Assembly: GCA_016928815.1 (NCBI GenBank)
Contig: JAFGJZ010000015.1
Location: 1-60,519, forward strand
Source of the DNA: Spirochaetota bacterium
Lineage (GTDB): Bacteria; Spirochaetota; UBA4802; JAFGJZ01
Length of the DNA stretch: 60,519 bases
Reading direction: 5' to 3'
The notes beneath the pieces are model-generated. The model was not told where the DNA came from and searched no databases. It saw nothing but the letters and a program-made list of their open reading frames with translations. The position numbers and the translations under genes are program-made. Within the stretch, counting starts at the first letter, position 1. Every line of letters starts with the position of its first letter. This document shows positions 1 to 9,941 of this stretch, piece after piece.

Positions 1-385
1 CTATTTCATGATTAGATATAGAAGGATTTATAATTTCAGAAAAAATAGGAGGGGAAAGATAGGTGTCATGCACTGAAATGGAAATATAACTGTAAAATTC
101 TAAATCACTATAATGCACAATTTTTGTCCTCGATTCACATAACCAATTTAAAATCTTATCTTCTTTTAAGGTAGGTCTCCAACATTTTTCATACCAAGAA
201 CTAAATGACTCAATTTCCTTTTTTTGTCCTTGAAGAATAAATGTTACATTTCTTAATTCTTGAATACAGACATTTACATTTATTATAAATTCATCTTTAT
301 CATGATATGAATCTGATGCTTTTTTAATAAAAGAGGAAACTGCGTTTAACCTAGTTATAGCCTTAATGTTTACATTTTCATTCAT
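1..385 (-). CDS. hypothetical protein, N-terminal 128 codons (gene runs off the left edge)
   Basis: Hand translation of the minus strand from ATG 385..383 (AGGAA 4 nt upstream) stays open to position 2: MNENVNIKAITRLNAVSSFIKKASDSYHDKDEF... It is absent from the ORF track because no stop lies inside the window. No recognisable motif. Confidence 0.35.
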   Translation of the reverse strand, partial: MNENVNIKAITRLNAVSSFIKKASDSYHDKDEFIINVNVCIQELRNVTFILQGQKKEIESFSSWYEKCWRPTLKEDKILNWLCESRTKIVHYSDLEFYSYISISVHDTYLSPPIFSEIINPSISNHEI

Positions 386-475
386 ATATTCCTGCTTTTT
401 ATATAGAATGTAATATAAATTCTTGAAAAAATAAACAATAAATTATAATTGCATTATTTCGAGTTTATTTGATTT

Positions 476-973
476 TTATTGTGAGCACATATACCATTCA
501 ACATTATTGGTAATAGTATCATATGCAGGTTCCTTGTACCATCCTGTAACCTCAAGCGGTTCCATTCCGTTTTCTTTACGCCATTTATTTGCTTCCTTAT
601 TGCCTTCATCAATGCTTTTAAGAATTGCATCGGCATCAAGAGAATCCTTATCATCATCTTTTACATAACCTGTTTCATCAAATTCAAAAAGCATGAACCA
701 GTCCTCAGTTACCGGTGCAATATAACCGAGTTCACGGTCGGTAGGCTGATTACCGTAATATTCCATAATTTTTCTTGTATCATCACCTGCTGCAAAGTGA
801 TATCCCTTAGGAACCTGAATTTCAGCAAGTTTTCCGATTTCAGCTTTTTTCGGACCGTTAAGCCAGTTAATAACCAGTTTTTCCTGTTCACCGTTTTCCG
901 CCTCTTCACCGGAAACAAAAACTGGTATGAGAACCAGCAGAATTAAAATAAATGTTTTTAAAATTTTTTGCAT
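476..973 (-). CDS. secreted DUF2167-like protein, apparently C-terminally truncated
   Basis: Signal peptide MQKILKTFILILLVLIPVFVSG. The body (GPKKAEIGKLAEIQVPKGYHF..., GYIAPVTEDWFMLFEFDETGYVKDDD, DADAILKSI, GWYKEPAYD) matches my recollection of the DUF2167 membrane-anchored family. That family normally continues about 100+ aa into TM helices. This ORF stops at 165 aa and non-coding AT-rich DNA follows. Confidence 0.5.
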   Translation of the reverse strand: MQKILKTFILILLVLIPVFVSGEEAENGEQEKLVINWLNGPKKAEIGKLAEIQVPKGYHFAAGDDTRKIMEYYGNQPTDRELGYIAPVTEDWFMLFEFDETGYVKDDDKDSLDADAILKSIDEGNKEANKWRKENGMEPLEVTGWYKEPAYDTITNNVEWYMCSQ

Positions 974-995
974 AACCCTACTCCATATAATTTTT

Positions 996-1661
996 CTATT
1001 TTTTTAAAAAACCGGCTATCTGTCTGTTGAACACAAAATACAGAATAATCGGCAATACTGCGATCAAGAGCAGAAAATAATTTTCACTTACTGCCTGATA
1101 ATCAATCGTGGCAGCGACAGCCGCACCGGTCAGCGCTCCTCCGAGATGCGCGTCATGTGCAATTCCGCCTTTCATTCTATGCATCGCATAAATGGAACCA
1201 TATACAAACAGAACCGCATATGCCCATGTTGGAAGAGGGATAGGCACAGGAAAAACTATAATTTTTCCGCCGGGAATTAAAAATATTGAAGCAAAAACAA
1301 TTCCGCTTACTGCACCTGAAGCTCCCAGCGCCTTATATTCCAATTCCTTTGAATGCATGGCAAGAGAAAGAATCCCGGAACCGAGACCACTGTAAAAATA
1401 AAGATAAGCTGTAACTTTCAGGCCATATTTCAATTCAATAACAGATGCGAATGCATATAAAGTAAACATATTGAAAAACAGATGTCCGATATTTGCATGA
1501 ATAAAAATTGAACTTAAAACCCTGTAATAATCATGCTGTCTGATTATATCTTCTACAGAAAAAAGACATTTCCCGAGAAATGTTTCTTTATTGAACGCAT
1601 AAAAAGTAAATAATGCAGTCACCGCAATGATTGAATATGTGAAAATGTAATTATTTATCAT
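996..1661 (-). CDS. rhomboid family intramembrane serine protease
   Basis: Polytopic membrane protein with rhomboid motifs HANIGHLFFNM, GASGAVSG (GxSG serine) and AHDAHLGGALTG (catalytic His). Confidence 0.85.
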   Translation of the reverse strand: MINNYIFTYSIIAVTALFTFYAFNKETFLGKCLFSVEDIIRQHDYYRVLSSIFIHANIGHLFFNMFTLYAFASVIELKYGLKVTAYLYFYSGLGSGILSLAMHSKELEYKALGASGAVSGIVFASIFLIPGGKIIVFPVPIPLPTWAYAVLFVYGSIYAMHRMKGGIAHDAHLGGALTGAAVAATIDYQAVSENYFLLLIAVLPIILYFVFNRQIAGFLKK

Positions 1662-1731
1662 AAAATAAAAAATATATTCAATATAATTCTGTCAACAATA
1701 TATTCCTAAAATCCATTAATATGTAAATGTA

Positions 1732-3021
1732 CTAAAATTTTGTACTCGGCATGTATCTTAAATGGACATTTTTAATTACTTTGCTGCTTTCATAAATATT
1801 TTTTTTAATAAGATCAATCGTCACGGCAGAAGGAACAGTATCGCCCGTAAGAGTCAGATCAAGCCGGTATCCGTTACTGATTTTTACAGTTTTGAACTGA
1901 ATGATTTCAGTATCAGGTAACTGAGACTCAACGGAAATTCGGACTTTCTCCTGAGATGTTGCAAGCAGATAACCATCATACATATAAATTCCTACAGGTA
2001 TGGAAATTATGATTAAAATAATTACAGAAAAAATAATCTGATATATCGCACGTTTTTTTACTTCATTTGAGTGTGCATGAATTGGATGAATTTTCATTGC
2101 CCAGAAAACAATTGCACCTGCGAGTGAGATGGAAATGAGATTTATAAGAAACAGTACTGCCGCTCCTGTTGCAACAGAATAATTCAGGGTTCCAATCCCG
2201 ATACCGACTGTACAGAGAGGAGGCATTAATGCTACTGCTATTGCAATACCGACAAGACTGCTGCTTATACGTTTGTTCGCATAACCATATGCTCCGACAA
2301 ATCCGGAAGTAAGTGCAACTATGATATCAAACAGTGTCGGTTTTGTTCTTGAAATTATCTCAGGAGTGTAATTGGCAAAAGGAACAAGAAATGAAATAAC
2401 AGATGAAATGAAAACGGCAAGAACAACTCCTTTCAGTAGCGAAGAAAGTGATGTTTTCATCAGTCCTGTATCACCCCAGATTACACCAAGTGAAAATGCA
2501 AGAATCGGCGTCATCAAAGGCGCTACAATCATTGCTCCGATAATAGTAGCACCTGATCCCTGAATCAGTCCTGTCGTTGCAATAATACAAGATAGAACCG
2601 TAAGTATATAATACTCAATTGTAGGGCGGGCACTGTCATACAGTACACTGTAAATATTCAGATCCTGATGTTCCTTCATTTTAAGGTCTACATACAGTTT
2701 TCGCTTTTTTTTCCAGAAAGAAAAGCTGACATAATTTTTTAATGTTTTTTCCTCCGGTTCAATAACATGACTTATCATTTCCCTGACATCTTTTCTGGCA
2801 GACTGAATGACACCACGGGTTTTATCTGAAGATGAAATTTCATTTTCACATTTTTTTCGCTTTTCTTTTTTTTCATACTCATTTATTTCCGTCATAGCAT
2901 TAGCTAAATCCGATTTTTCATCTTTTACCAGCTTGTCTTTAATTCCTGAAAATATTGATTTTTTCATTTTTTCCTCAATGCAATAAATAATAGATTCATA
3001 AAAGCGATTATCTGAATTCAA
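1732..3021 (-). CDS. DUF389 (TIGR00341-like) membrane protein
   Basis: Multi-TM core with GAMIVAPLMTPI and AVALMPPLCTVG segments typical of DUF389, plus a soluble C-terminal extension. Assignment is from motif memory only. Confidence 0.55.
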   Translation of the reverse strand: MNSDNRFYESIIYCIEEKMKKSIFSGIKDKLVKDEKSDLANAMTEINEYEKKEKRKKCENEISSSDKTRGVIQSARKDVREMISHVIEPEEKTLKNYVSFSFWKKKRKLYVDLKMKEHQDLNIYSVLYDSARPTIEYYILTVLSCIIATTGLIQGSGATIIGAMIVAPLMTPILAFSLGVIWGDTGLMKTSLSSLLKGVVLAVFISSVISFLVPFANYTPEIISRTKPTLFDIIVALTSGFVGAYGYANKRISSSLVGIAIAVALMPPLCTVGIGIGTLNYSVATGAAVLFLINLISISLAGAIVFWAMKIHPIHAHSNEVKKRAIYQIIFSVIILIIISIPVGIYMYDGYLLATSQEKVRISVESQLPDTEIIQFKTVKISNGYRLDLTLTGDTVPSAVTIDLIKKNIYESSKVIKNVHLRYMPSTKF

Positions 3022-3273
3022 ATTATTATTAAACTATACTATCTTGTCTGAAAAAAGTCAATATCTGAACAAAATGTTCATATACAGCTAATTATAAAAC
3101 CGGAAAATTATCAGGACACATATTTTTATAATCCGCAGCAGGTCCAATTCAGATTAGATCTGCACTTTGAAAAACAGATTTTGAAAAATATGTCAGTTTA
3201 TTACGAAATTCTTTTAAATTTTTTACTGAACTATACGTTATATGTGTAAGGTCACAGCAGTCAGGAGGATAAT

Positions 3274-3732
3274 ATGCATCATACAAGTATAAATATCAGT
3301 CTTTTAATTATGACAAAACTTAAAGAAACTTCAGAAAAGTACTGCATTAGCAGAAGAAAACTTGTTTCAATGATTTTATATAGTTGTCATGAGAATTTTA
3401 ATTTTGATGTGTTTTCTTCCGGGCTGACTAATTATCAGAAAATCGCTCCCGGAGATGAATGGAAATGCATGAGAATTGACTTTGATGATACACAATGTGA
3501 TATATATTTTTTTTATAGAAACAGATTCCGGATCAGTTTAAGCAAGCTTATTGCTGTTGGTTTTATTCTTTTTTTTGATAAAATACTTAAAATATTAAAT
3601 AAGGACAATGAAGTAAACAAAAAAGATTTTTTGAATTTTTTGAATAGTTATACAAAAGCAAAATGTTTTTTAATAGATTTTGTTAAAGATGCCTTTAAAT
3701 TCTTCATACAACAGACAGAAAACAAAACATGA
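3274..3732 (+). CDS. hypothetical protein
   Basis: 152-aa ORF with AGGAGG 6 nt upstream of the ATG, isolated in a roughly 900-bp very AT-rich interval. No motif recognised. Confidence 0.3.
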   Translation: MHHTSINISLLIMTKLKETSEKYCISRRKLVSMILYSCHENFNFDVFSSGLTNYQKIAPGDEWKCMRIDFDDTQCDIYFFYRNRFRISLSKLIAVGFILFFDKILKILNKDNEVNKKDFLNFLNSYTKAKCFLIDFVKDAFKFFIQQTENKT

Positions 3733-3841
3733 AATTGAAAACATCATCAAAGTTACAAAACATTTTTATTTAAATGAAAATATCTTTTTTAGTAATTTCT
3801 TATCATGCATAAATGCAATACAAAAAACTTAAATAACCTGC

Positions 3842-3869
3842 TTGACACTTGAAAATTCAGCTATATAAT
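3842..3869 (+). promoter_or_regulatory. sigma-70-type promoter for the trehalose gene
   Basis: TTGACA (3842..3847), 16-nt spacer, TATAAT (3864..3869), about 60 nt upstream of the ATG at 3930. Confidence 0.5.
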
Positions 3870-3929
3870 ATATACAAAATAATAAAAATGAATATGATTT
3901 TTTTTATTTTATCAATAAAAGGAGTATAA

Positions 3930-6164
3930 ATGATAAATAAAGATATCATACACAATTTCAAAAGAATCATCATCATCGCAAACAGATTGCCGTTTAATAT
4001 TATCAGTAAAAACGGAAAGAAAGAGATTTTTCAGAATTCCGGGGGGCTGGTTTCGGCAATAATGTCTTTGTCAGAAAAACTTACATCCGAGGATGAAAAA
4101 TCTCCACAGATAATCTGGGTAGGAAACTCCGATCATTCAAAAGCAGAATTCGATGAGCTGATTGAAACAGAAGACTCTTTTGATCTGTACCCTGTAAACA
4201 TACCGGAGGAAATAAATAAAGATTTCTATCATGGTTTCTGTAATGACACCATTTGGCCTCTTTTTCACTATTTTCCGATGTTTACAATATTTAAGGAAAG
4301 TTACTATAAAGCTTATAAAACGGCTAACAATATTTTTTTCGAAGCAATTGAAAACCTCATTCAGCCTGACGATTTCATCTGGGTACATGACTATCAGCTC
4401 CTGTTACTGCCGGAACTTATACGGAAGAAGGTTCCAAAAGCAAATATCGGTTTTTTTCTTCATATACCTTTTCCTTCCTATGAAATTTTCAGACTGCTGA
4501 ATCAGAAATGGCGGGAAGAACTGCTGAAAGGTATTCTCGGTGCTGATCTTGTCGGTTTTCATACCAATGACTATACACAGAATTTTCTAAAAACAGTAAG
4601 AAGAATTTTAGGTTATGACAATACTATACGTACCATTCTGACACCGGAAAGAATTATTAAAGCAGATTCATTTCCTATCAGCATTGATTATAATACTTTT
4701 ACTGATGCACTTGACACCGGAGAAGTTAAAAAGGAAATAAAAATAATTGAGAAACATCTCGGCAAATTCAAACTGGTTTTTTCCGTCGACAGACTTGATT
4801 ACACAAAAGGAATCAAAAACAGACTCATCGGTATCGCCGTATTTCTTGAAAAATATCCTCAGTGGCACAATAAAGTAATTTTCAATATGGTGGTAGTACC
4901 TTCACGTGATACAATACCGCGTTATCAGAAAATGAAAAAGGAAATCGAAGCAACTGTAGGCCGAATTAACGGCAAATACGGCCATCTGGGATGGCGGCCG
5001 ATTGTATATCAATATAAATCCCTGAAATTCGAACAGCTTATTGCCTTATACAGCATCTGCCATGTGGGACTTATAACTCCGCTGCGGGACGGATTAAATC
5101 TGGTAGCAAAGGAATTTGTAGCCTGTCAGGGCAAAAACACAGGCGTTCTTATTCTAAGTGAATTTGCCGGCGCTGTTGCCGAACTTGGCGAAGCGATTAT
5201 CATAAACCCTGCCGATACGAATGAAATGGCCGATTCAATTAAACTGGCGTTGGAACTGAATGAGAATGAAAAAATTGAACGTATAGAAAGAATGAAAAAA
5301 AGAATCAGAAATTATGATATTTTCGCATGGGCTGAAGATTTCATGACTCAGCTTCAATATATCAAAGAGGAGCAGAGCATGCTTGAAATTAAAATCCTGA
5401 ACAGCGGTATTGAAGCAAAAATTAAAGAAAACTACAGAAAAGCATCAAGCAGAATATTCTTTCTGGATTATGACGGAACACTTGTTCCATTTACCAAATA
5501 CCCTGAAAAAGCACTTCCAGATGACAGAGTCATAAAGCAGATAAGTCATCTCGCTGCAGACAAAAAAAACACAGTGGTAATAATCAGCGGACGGAACCGT
5601 GAATTCCTGGATAAATGTTTCAGCAATCCGGAAATTACGATTATTGCCGAACACGGGTATTTCATAAAATATCCGCACGGAGAATGGGACATACTTGCAG
5701 AAAAAAATGATGATCACAGCTGGAAAGAAACAGTAATTCCGCTTCTTGAAAGATACACAGAGCGCTGCAATGGATCATTTGTCGAAGAAAAAGAATCTTC
5801 ACTTGTATGGCATTACAGGAATGTCGAGCCGGATTTTGCTCTTGTCCGCTCACAGGAACTTAAAGAAGAACTGGAAGAGTTTCTTCTTCACAATAAAGAT
5901 CTGCAGATGGTTGAAGGAAATAAAATTGTTGAAATCAATCAGTCAGGGCATGATAAGGGAACCGCAGTGAAGGAAATTTTAAACGGGAAAAAATTCGATT
6001 TCATATTTGCCGCTGGTGACGACCGTACCGACGAAGATATTTTCAAGGCACTGCCGGAAGAAGCCTGCTCCATTAAAGTCGGACTTGTTCAGTCTAACGC
6101 AAAATACAATATCAGCCGTCAATATGAAATCAATGATCTGATTGATATGCTCATCAAAGAATAA
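3930..6164 (+). CDS. bifunctional trehalose-6-phosphate synthase / trehalose-6-phosphate phosphatase (OtsA-OtsB fusion)
   Basis: The N-terminal GT20 domain has IIIANRLPF, FCNDTIWPLFHY, VHDYQLLLLP, FFLHIPFPS and DRLDYTKGI. The C-terminal HAD phosphatase has FLDYDGTL and AAGDDRTDEDIF. RBS AAGGAG. Confidence 0.9.
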   Translation: MINKDIIHNFKRIIIIANRLPFNIISKNGKKEIFQNSGGLVSAIMSLSEKLTSEDEKSPQIIWVGNSDHSKAEFDELIETEDSFDLYPVNIPEEINKDFYHGFCNDTIWPLFHYFPMFTIFKESYYKAYKTANNIFFEAIENLIQPDDFIWVHDYQLLLLPELIRKKVPKANIGFFLHIPFPSYEIFRLLNQKWREELLKGILGADLVGFHTNDYTQNFLKTVRRILGYDNTIRTILTPERIIKADSFPISIDYNTFTDALDTGEVKKEIKIIEKHLGKFKLVFSVDRLDYTKGIKNRLIGIAVFLEKYPQWHNKVIFNMVVVPSRDTIPRYQKMKKEIEATVGRINGKYGHLGWRPIVYQYKSLKFEQLIALYSICHVGLITPLRDGLNLVAKEFVACQGKNTGVLILSEFAGAVAELGEAIIINPADTNEMADSIKLALELNENEKIERIERMKKRIRNYDIFAWAEDFMTQLQYIKEEQSMLEIKILNSGIEAKIKENYRKASSRIFFLDYDGTLVPFTKYPEKALPDDRVIKQISHLAADKKNTVVIISGRNREFLDKCFSNPEITIIAEHGYFIKYPHGEWDILAEKNDDHSWKETVIPLLERYTERCNGSFVEEKESSLVWHYRNVEPDFALVRSQELKEELEEFLLHNKDLQMVEGNKIVEINQSGHDKGTAVKEILNGKKFDFIFAAGDDRTDEDIFKALPEEACSIKVGLVQSNAKYNISRQYEINDLIDMLIKE

Positions 6165-6187
6165 AGCAGGATGATTATCTGCGCATT

Positions 6188-7687
6188 TCAGTCATCTATT
6201 GCAAGTGAATAAATTTTTTCCTTTGTAGCATCTTTCTGAAGCAGCTCAGATTTAATTTTCCCGTCAGACAGAATAAGAATCCTGTCACACATTCCGATAA
6301 TTTCATCAATATCTGAAGACAGTAAAATCACTGAAGCTCCTTTAACGACAAGATTATTCATTGCATTATATACGTCAATCTTGGATGCAATATCTATTCC
6401 ACGCGTCGGTTCATCCATGATATATATGAGACTTCTTTTCATAAACCAGCGTGCAAGAAGAATCTTCTGCTGATTACCTCCGGAAAAATAATGTATGCCG
6501 TTTTCCGGATCAGCAGGTATTATTCCCAGTTTTTTAACATAATCCTTAACTACCTGCTGAAGTATATTTTCGTCCAGAATACTGTTATTAAGAAAACGCT
6601 TAAGATTCGGCAGAGTCATATTTCCGCTCATGTTGAGCGGATTAAAAATTCCATTAATATGCCTTTCTTCCGGTATCAGGGATATACCTGCAAGCATGGC
6701 ATCAAACGGATGCATAAAGTGGCAGATTTTTCCGTTAAGGGTAATTATTCCGCCTTCAGGCTGCCGTATTCCAAAAAGACAGTTTCCGAGACGTGACCTT
6801 CCTGATCCCATAAGTCCGGTTATTCCGAGTATTTCCTGCTTATACAGTTTAAAACTTACATCTTTAAGAATGTGACCGCTTCGCATACCCTTTACATCAA
6901 GCAGACATTCCCTGTTCTGCTTGATTGATATTTTCGGATACTGATGGATTTCATGTTTGCCGGTTATCAGTTTTATGATTTCTTTTTCATTAATATTGCG
7001 GATATCGCTTGTTGAAATAATTCTCCCCTGTTCCATAATAGAGAGCTTATCACCAACTTTTGTTATTTCATCAAGTCTGTGACTGATATAGAAAATTGCT
7101 TCCGTTTTCTTTTTAATAAGTGACAGTATATTAAAAAAAGTGATACGCTCAACTTCGCTCATACCGGCGGTCGGTTCGTCAAATATGATTATTTTTGCAT
7201 CTGAGATAAACGCTTTTGCTGCAAACAGAAGCTGTCTTTCGGCAAATCCGTATAATCCGAGTTTCTTGGTCGGTTCAAGATTTATTCCCAGTTCGGAAAA
7301 AAGATTTTTACATTCAGCCACGTTTTCAAGTTCATTCCATATCCTTAAATGCTTTTTACGTCTTGTCCGGTAATCAAAATAAATGTTTTCAGCTGCGGAA
7401 AGATTTTCAAAAACAGGCAGGTCCTGATGCTGGTAATAAATTCCTTCGCTTAAAGCCTTATGAATGGTAAGATGATTTATTACATTTCCTTTATATATGA
7501 TATTTCCGGAATCCACAGTAAAATAACCTGCAACTATTTTCATGAGAAGTGATTTTCCTGAACCGTTTTCTCCCATTATTACATGAATATCCCCGGTATT
7601 TAATTTCAGATTTACATTACTGAGATTAAACTCACCGTTAAATGACTTATTGACATCCTGCAGTTCTAAAACAGTCTGCTCACTCAT
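6188..7687 (-). CDS. sugar-type ABC transporter ATP-binding protein (duplicated ATPase), no cognate permease on this strand
   Basis: Two ABC domains. The first has GENGSGKS, IIIFDEPTAGM and ISHRLDEI. The second has [28 protein letters not shown] and LLSSDIDEI. Its start overlaps the DeoR stop by 4 nt (7684..7687). Confidence 0.85.
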   Translation of the reverse strand: MSEQTVLELQDVNKSFNGEFNLSNVNLKLNTGDIHVIMGENGSGKSLLMKIVAGYFTVDSGNIIYKGNVINHLTIHKALSEGIYYQHQDLPVFENLSAAENIYFDYRTRRKKHLRIWNELENVAECKNLFSELGINLEPTKKLGLYGFAERQLLFAAKAFISDAKIIIFDEPTAGMSEVERITFFNILSLIKKKTEAIFYISHRLDEITKVGDKLSIMEQGRIISTSDIRNINEKEIIKLITGKHEIHQYPKISIKQNRECLLDVKGMRSGHILKDVSFKLYKQEILGITGLMGSGRSRLGNCLFGIRQPEGGIITLNGKICHFMHPFDAMLAGISLIPEERHINGIFNPLNMSGNMTLPNLKRFLNNSILDENILQQVVKDYVKKLGIIPADPENGIHYFSGGNQQKILLARWFMKRSLIYIMDEPTRGIDIASKIDVYNAMNNLVVKGASVILLSSDIDEIIGMCDRILILSDGKIKSELLQKDATKEKIYSLAIDD

Positions 7688-8466
7688 ACATTACCTTCAA
7701 AGGCATTAATGGAAGTATATAAAATAACATTCTTATTATATATGGCTATTTTATATTCATCAGCAAGCTGGGGATTCGTTATAACACTGTTCATCATTGT
7801 AATCGGTCCAAGACTCAGAAAGGCCCTTTTCCCTATCAATTCATAATTACAGAGAAGAGTTACATGATCGGAACTCTGTACCGCCGATTCAATTAATTCC
7901 GATTTCTGCTGTGAAGAAACCGAAAGATCCAGATTTTCACTGATACCGTCAACTTCAACAAAGACCCTGTTTACATGATATTTCTGCATATTTCTGAGAG
8001 TAATTGAACCGCTGACCGAAAAATTATCCTGCTCAATTTCTCCTCCGAGACAGATCACCCTGTTCATCCCTCCGGCTGAAGCATTCAGAGCAGCTACAAG
8101 ATCATTTGTCAGAATCGTAAGCCCCTGCCTCTCGGAAAGTTTTCTGGCAAGCAGCTGGTTTATATGACCGCCGGTAAGCATGATTATATCTTCATCCTTT
8201 ACCAAAGCTGCAGCTGTTTCAACTATTTCCTGATTATTCTCATCCGCCTCCATATCCTGTTCAGCGTAATAGGTTTTCTCATGCGGATCATGAAGAATAG
8301 CTCCTCCGTGCGTTCTAATCAGAAAACCCTCATGTTCGAGTTTTTCAAAATCCCGTCTTACAGTTACCTCGGATACGTCAAGAATATCACTTATTTTCAC
8401 AACTTCAGCTTTAGAATTTTCAAGAAGATACTTTTTTATAATTCTTTTTCTTTCAGCAGCAAACAT
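7684..8466 (-). CDS. DeoR/GlpR family transcriptional regulator
   Basis: N-terminal HTH (ERKRIIKKYLLENSKAEVVKISDILDVSEVTVRRDFEKLEHEGFLIRTHGGA) plus a DeoR C-terminal sugar-phosphate sensor domain. Confidence 0.85.
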   Translation of the reverse strand: MFAAERKRIIKKYLLENSKAEVVKISDILDVSEVTVRRDFEKLEHEGFLIRTHGGAILHDPHEKTYYAEQDMEADENNQEIVETAAALVKDEDIIMLTGGHINQLLARKLSERQGLTILTNDLVAALNASAGGMNRVICLGGEIEQDNFSVSGSITLRNMQKYHVNRVFVEVDGISENLDLSVSSQQKSELIESAVQSSDHVTLLCNYELIGKRAFLSLGPITMMNSVITNPQLADEYKIAIYNKNVILYTSINAFEGNV

Positions 8467-8671
8467 TTCCCGGTTACCAGTAATATTTATTTAATAAGTC
8501 AATAATGCCCATATTTTATGAAATGTAAACATGAAAAATGTATTCTAATCCAAAATTTTATAAATTCTTATTTTGAAACCGAAATAAAACGAAACAAAAC
8601 GAAAAATTCATCTTTTTTTTATTAAAATTTACTAAAAAATTTAACAAAAACGAAATAAAATGATTTTTAAT

Positions 8672-8700
8672 TTGACAAAAATCCGTCCGGACGTTACGAT
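8672..8700 (+). promoter_or_regulatory. putative promoter with embedded palindromic operator for the sugar ABC operon
   Basis: TTGACA (8672..8677), 17 nt, TACGAT (8695..8700). The spacer contains the perfect 10-bp palindrome CGTCCGGACG (8684..8693). Confidence 0.4.
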
Positions 8701-8807
8701 ATAGTCATAAACGAAACAATACGAAACTTTATTGGCAAAACATGCATTTTCTAGTATTGCAAGTTTAAGAAAATCCGTTAAACGGAAAATAAAACAAAAG
8801 GGGTTTC

Positions 8808-9881
8808 ATGATGAAACGAATTAACAAAGTTTTCGGAGCTCTACTGGCTACAGTTCTGATTCTTTCTGTATCTGCATGTAAGCAGGGCAGCGGGAAAAAA
8901 ATCGTAGGTATTGCTATGCCGACTCAGTCTTCTCAGAGATGGATTCAGGATGGTAATAACATGAAGAAAATTCTTGAAGACCGCGGTTACCAGGTAGACC
9001 TTCAGTATGCTGAAGACAGTATTGATGCACAGGTTGCTCAGCTTGAGAACATGATTACTAAAGGTGCAAACTGTCTGGTTATTGCATCAATCGACGGCGA
9101 ATCGCTTACAAACGTTCTTAAAAAAGCTGCTGATGCAAAAATTCCGGTTATTGCATATGACCGACTTATCAGAAACAGTGAGCATGTAAGCTATTATGCA
9201 ACTTTTGACAACTTTCTTGTAGGTGTTATGCAGGGTGGATACATAGTTGACAAACTGGGACTTGCAGACGGCAAAGGACCTTTCAACATTGAACTTTTCG
9301 CAGGATCTCCTGATGACAACAATGCATATTTCTTCTATAATGGTGCAATGTCAAAACTTCAGCCGTACATCGACAGCAAAAAACTTGTTGTTAAAAGCGG
9401 TCAGATTAAATTCGATAAAGTAGCTACTCTAAGATGGGACGGAGCAACTGCTCAGCAGAGAATGGACAACATCCTTACTGCTAACTATACTTCTGCTAAA
9501 GTTGATGCTGTTCTTTCTCCATATGACGGAATTTCAATCGGTATTCTTTCTTCACTGAAAAGTGTCGGTTATGGTTCTGCTGGAAAACCGCTTCCTATCG
9601 TAACAGGTCAGGATGCTGAGGTTCCTTCAGTAAAATCAATGATTGCCGGCGAGCAGACTTCTACTATTTTTAAAGATACTAGAACTCTTGCAAAAAGAGC
9701 AGCTAACATGGTTGACTCAGTGCTTAAAGGCGAAGAAGCAGAAGTTAATGACACAAAAACTTATGACAATGGCGTAAAAGTTGTTCCTTCGTATCTTGAA
9801 TCTCCAGTATCTGTTGACATCACAAACTACAAAGAAGCCCTCATCGACACAGGATACTATACTGAAGATCAGTTAAAATAA
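8808..9881 (+). CDS. sugar ABC transporter substrate-binding lipoprotein (ChvE / multiple-sugar-binding type)
   Basis: Lipobox LSVSAC. Periplasmic-binding-protein type I fold signatures are present ([33 protein letters not shown]). It is followed by GguA/GguB-like ATPase and permease genes. Confidence 0.85.
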   Translation: MMKRINKVFGALLATVLILSVSACKQGSGKKIVGIAMPTQSSQRWIQDGNNMKKILEDRGYQVDLQYAEDSIDAQVAQLENMITKGANCLVIASIDGESLTNVLKKAADAKIPVIAYDRLIRNSEHVSYYATFDNFLVGVMQGGYIVDKLGLADGKGPFNIELFAGSPDDNNAYFFYNGAMSKLQPYIDSKKLVVKSGQIKFDKVATLRWDGATAQQRMDNILTANYTSAKVDAVLSPYDGISIGILSSLKSVGYGSAGKPLPIVTGQDAEVPSVKSMIAGEQTSTIFKDTRTLAKRAANMVDSVLKGEEAEVNDTKTYDNGVKVVPSYLESPVSVDITNYKEALIDTGYYTEDQLK

Positions 9882-9896
9882 GTTAATAATTAAAAA

Positions 9897-9924
9897 GGAA
9901 TCTGAAAATTTCAGATTCCTTTTT
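9897..9924 (+). terminator. intra-operon hairpin / attenuating intrinsic terminator after the binding-protein gene
   Basis: GGAATCTGAAA / TTTCAGATTCC inverted repeat followed by TTTTT. Confidence 0.5.
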
Positions 9925-9941
9925 ATTATAAGGACATTAAA

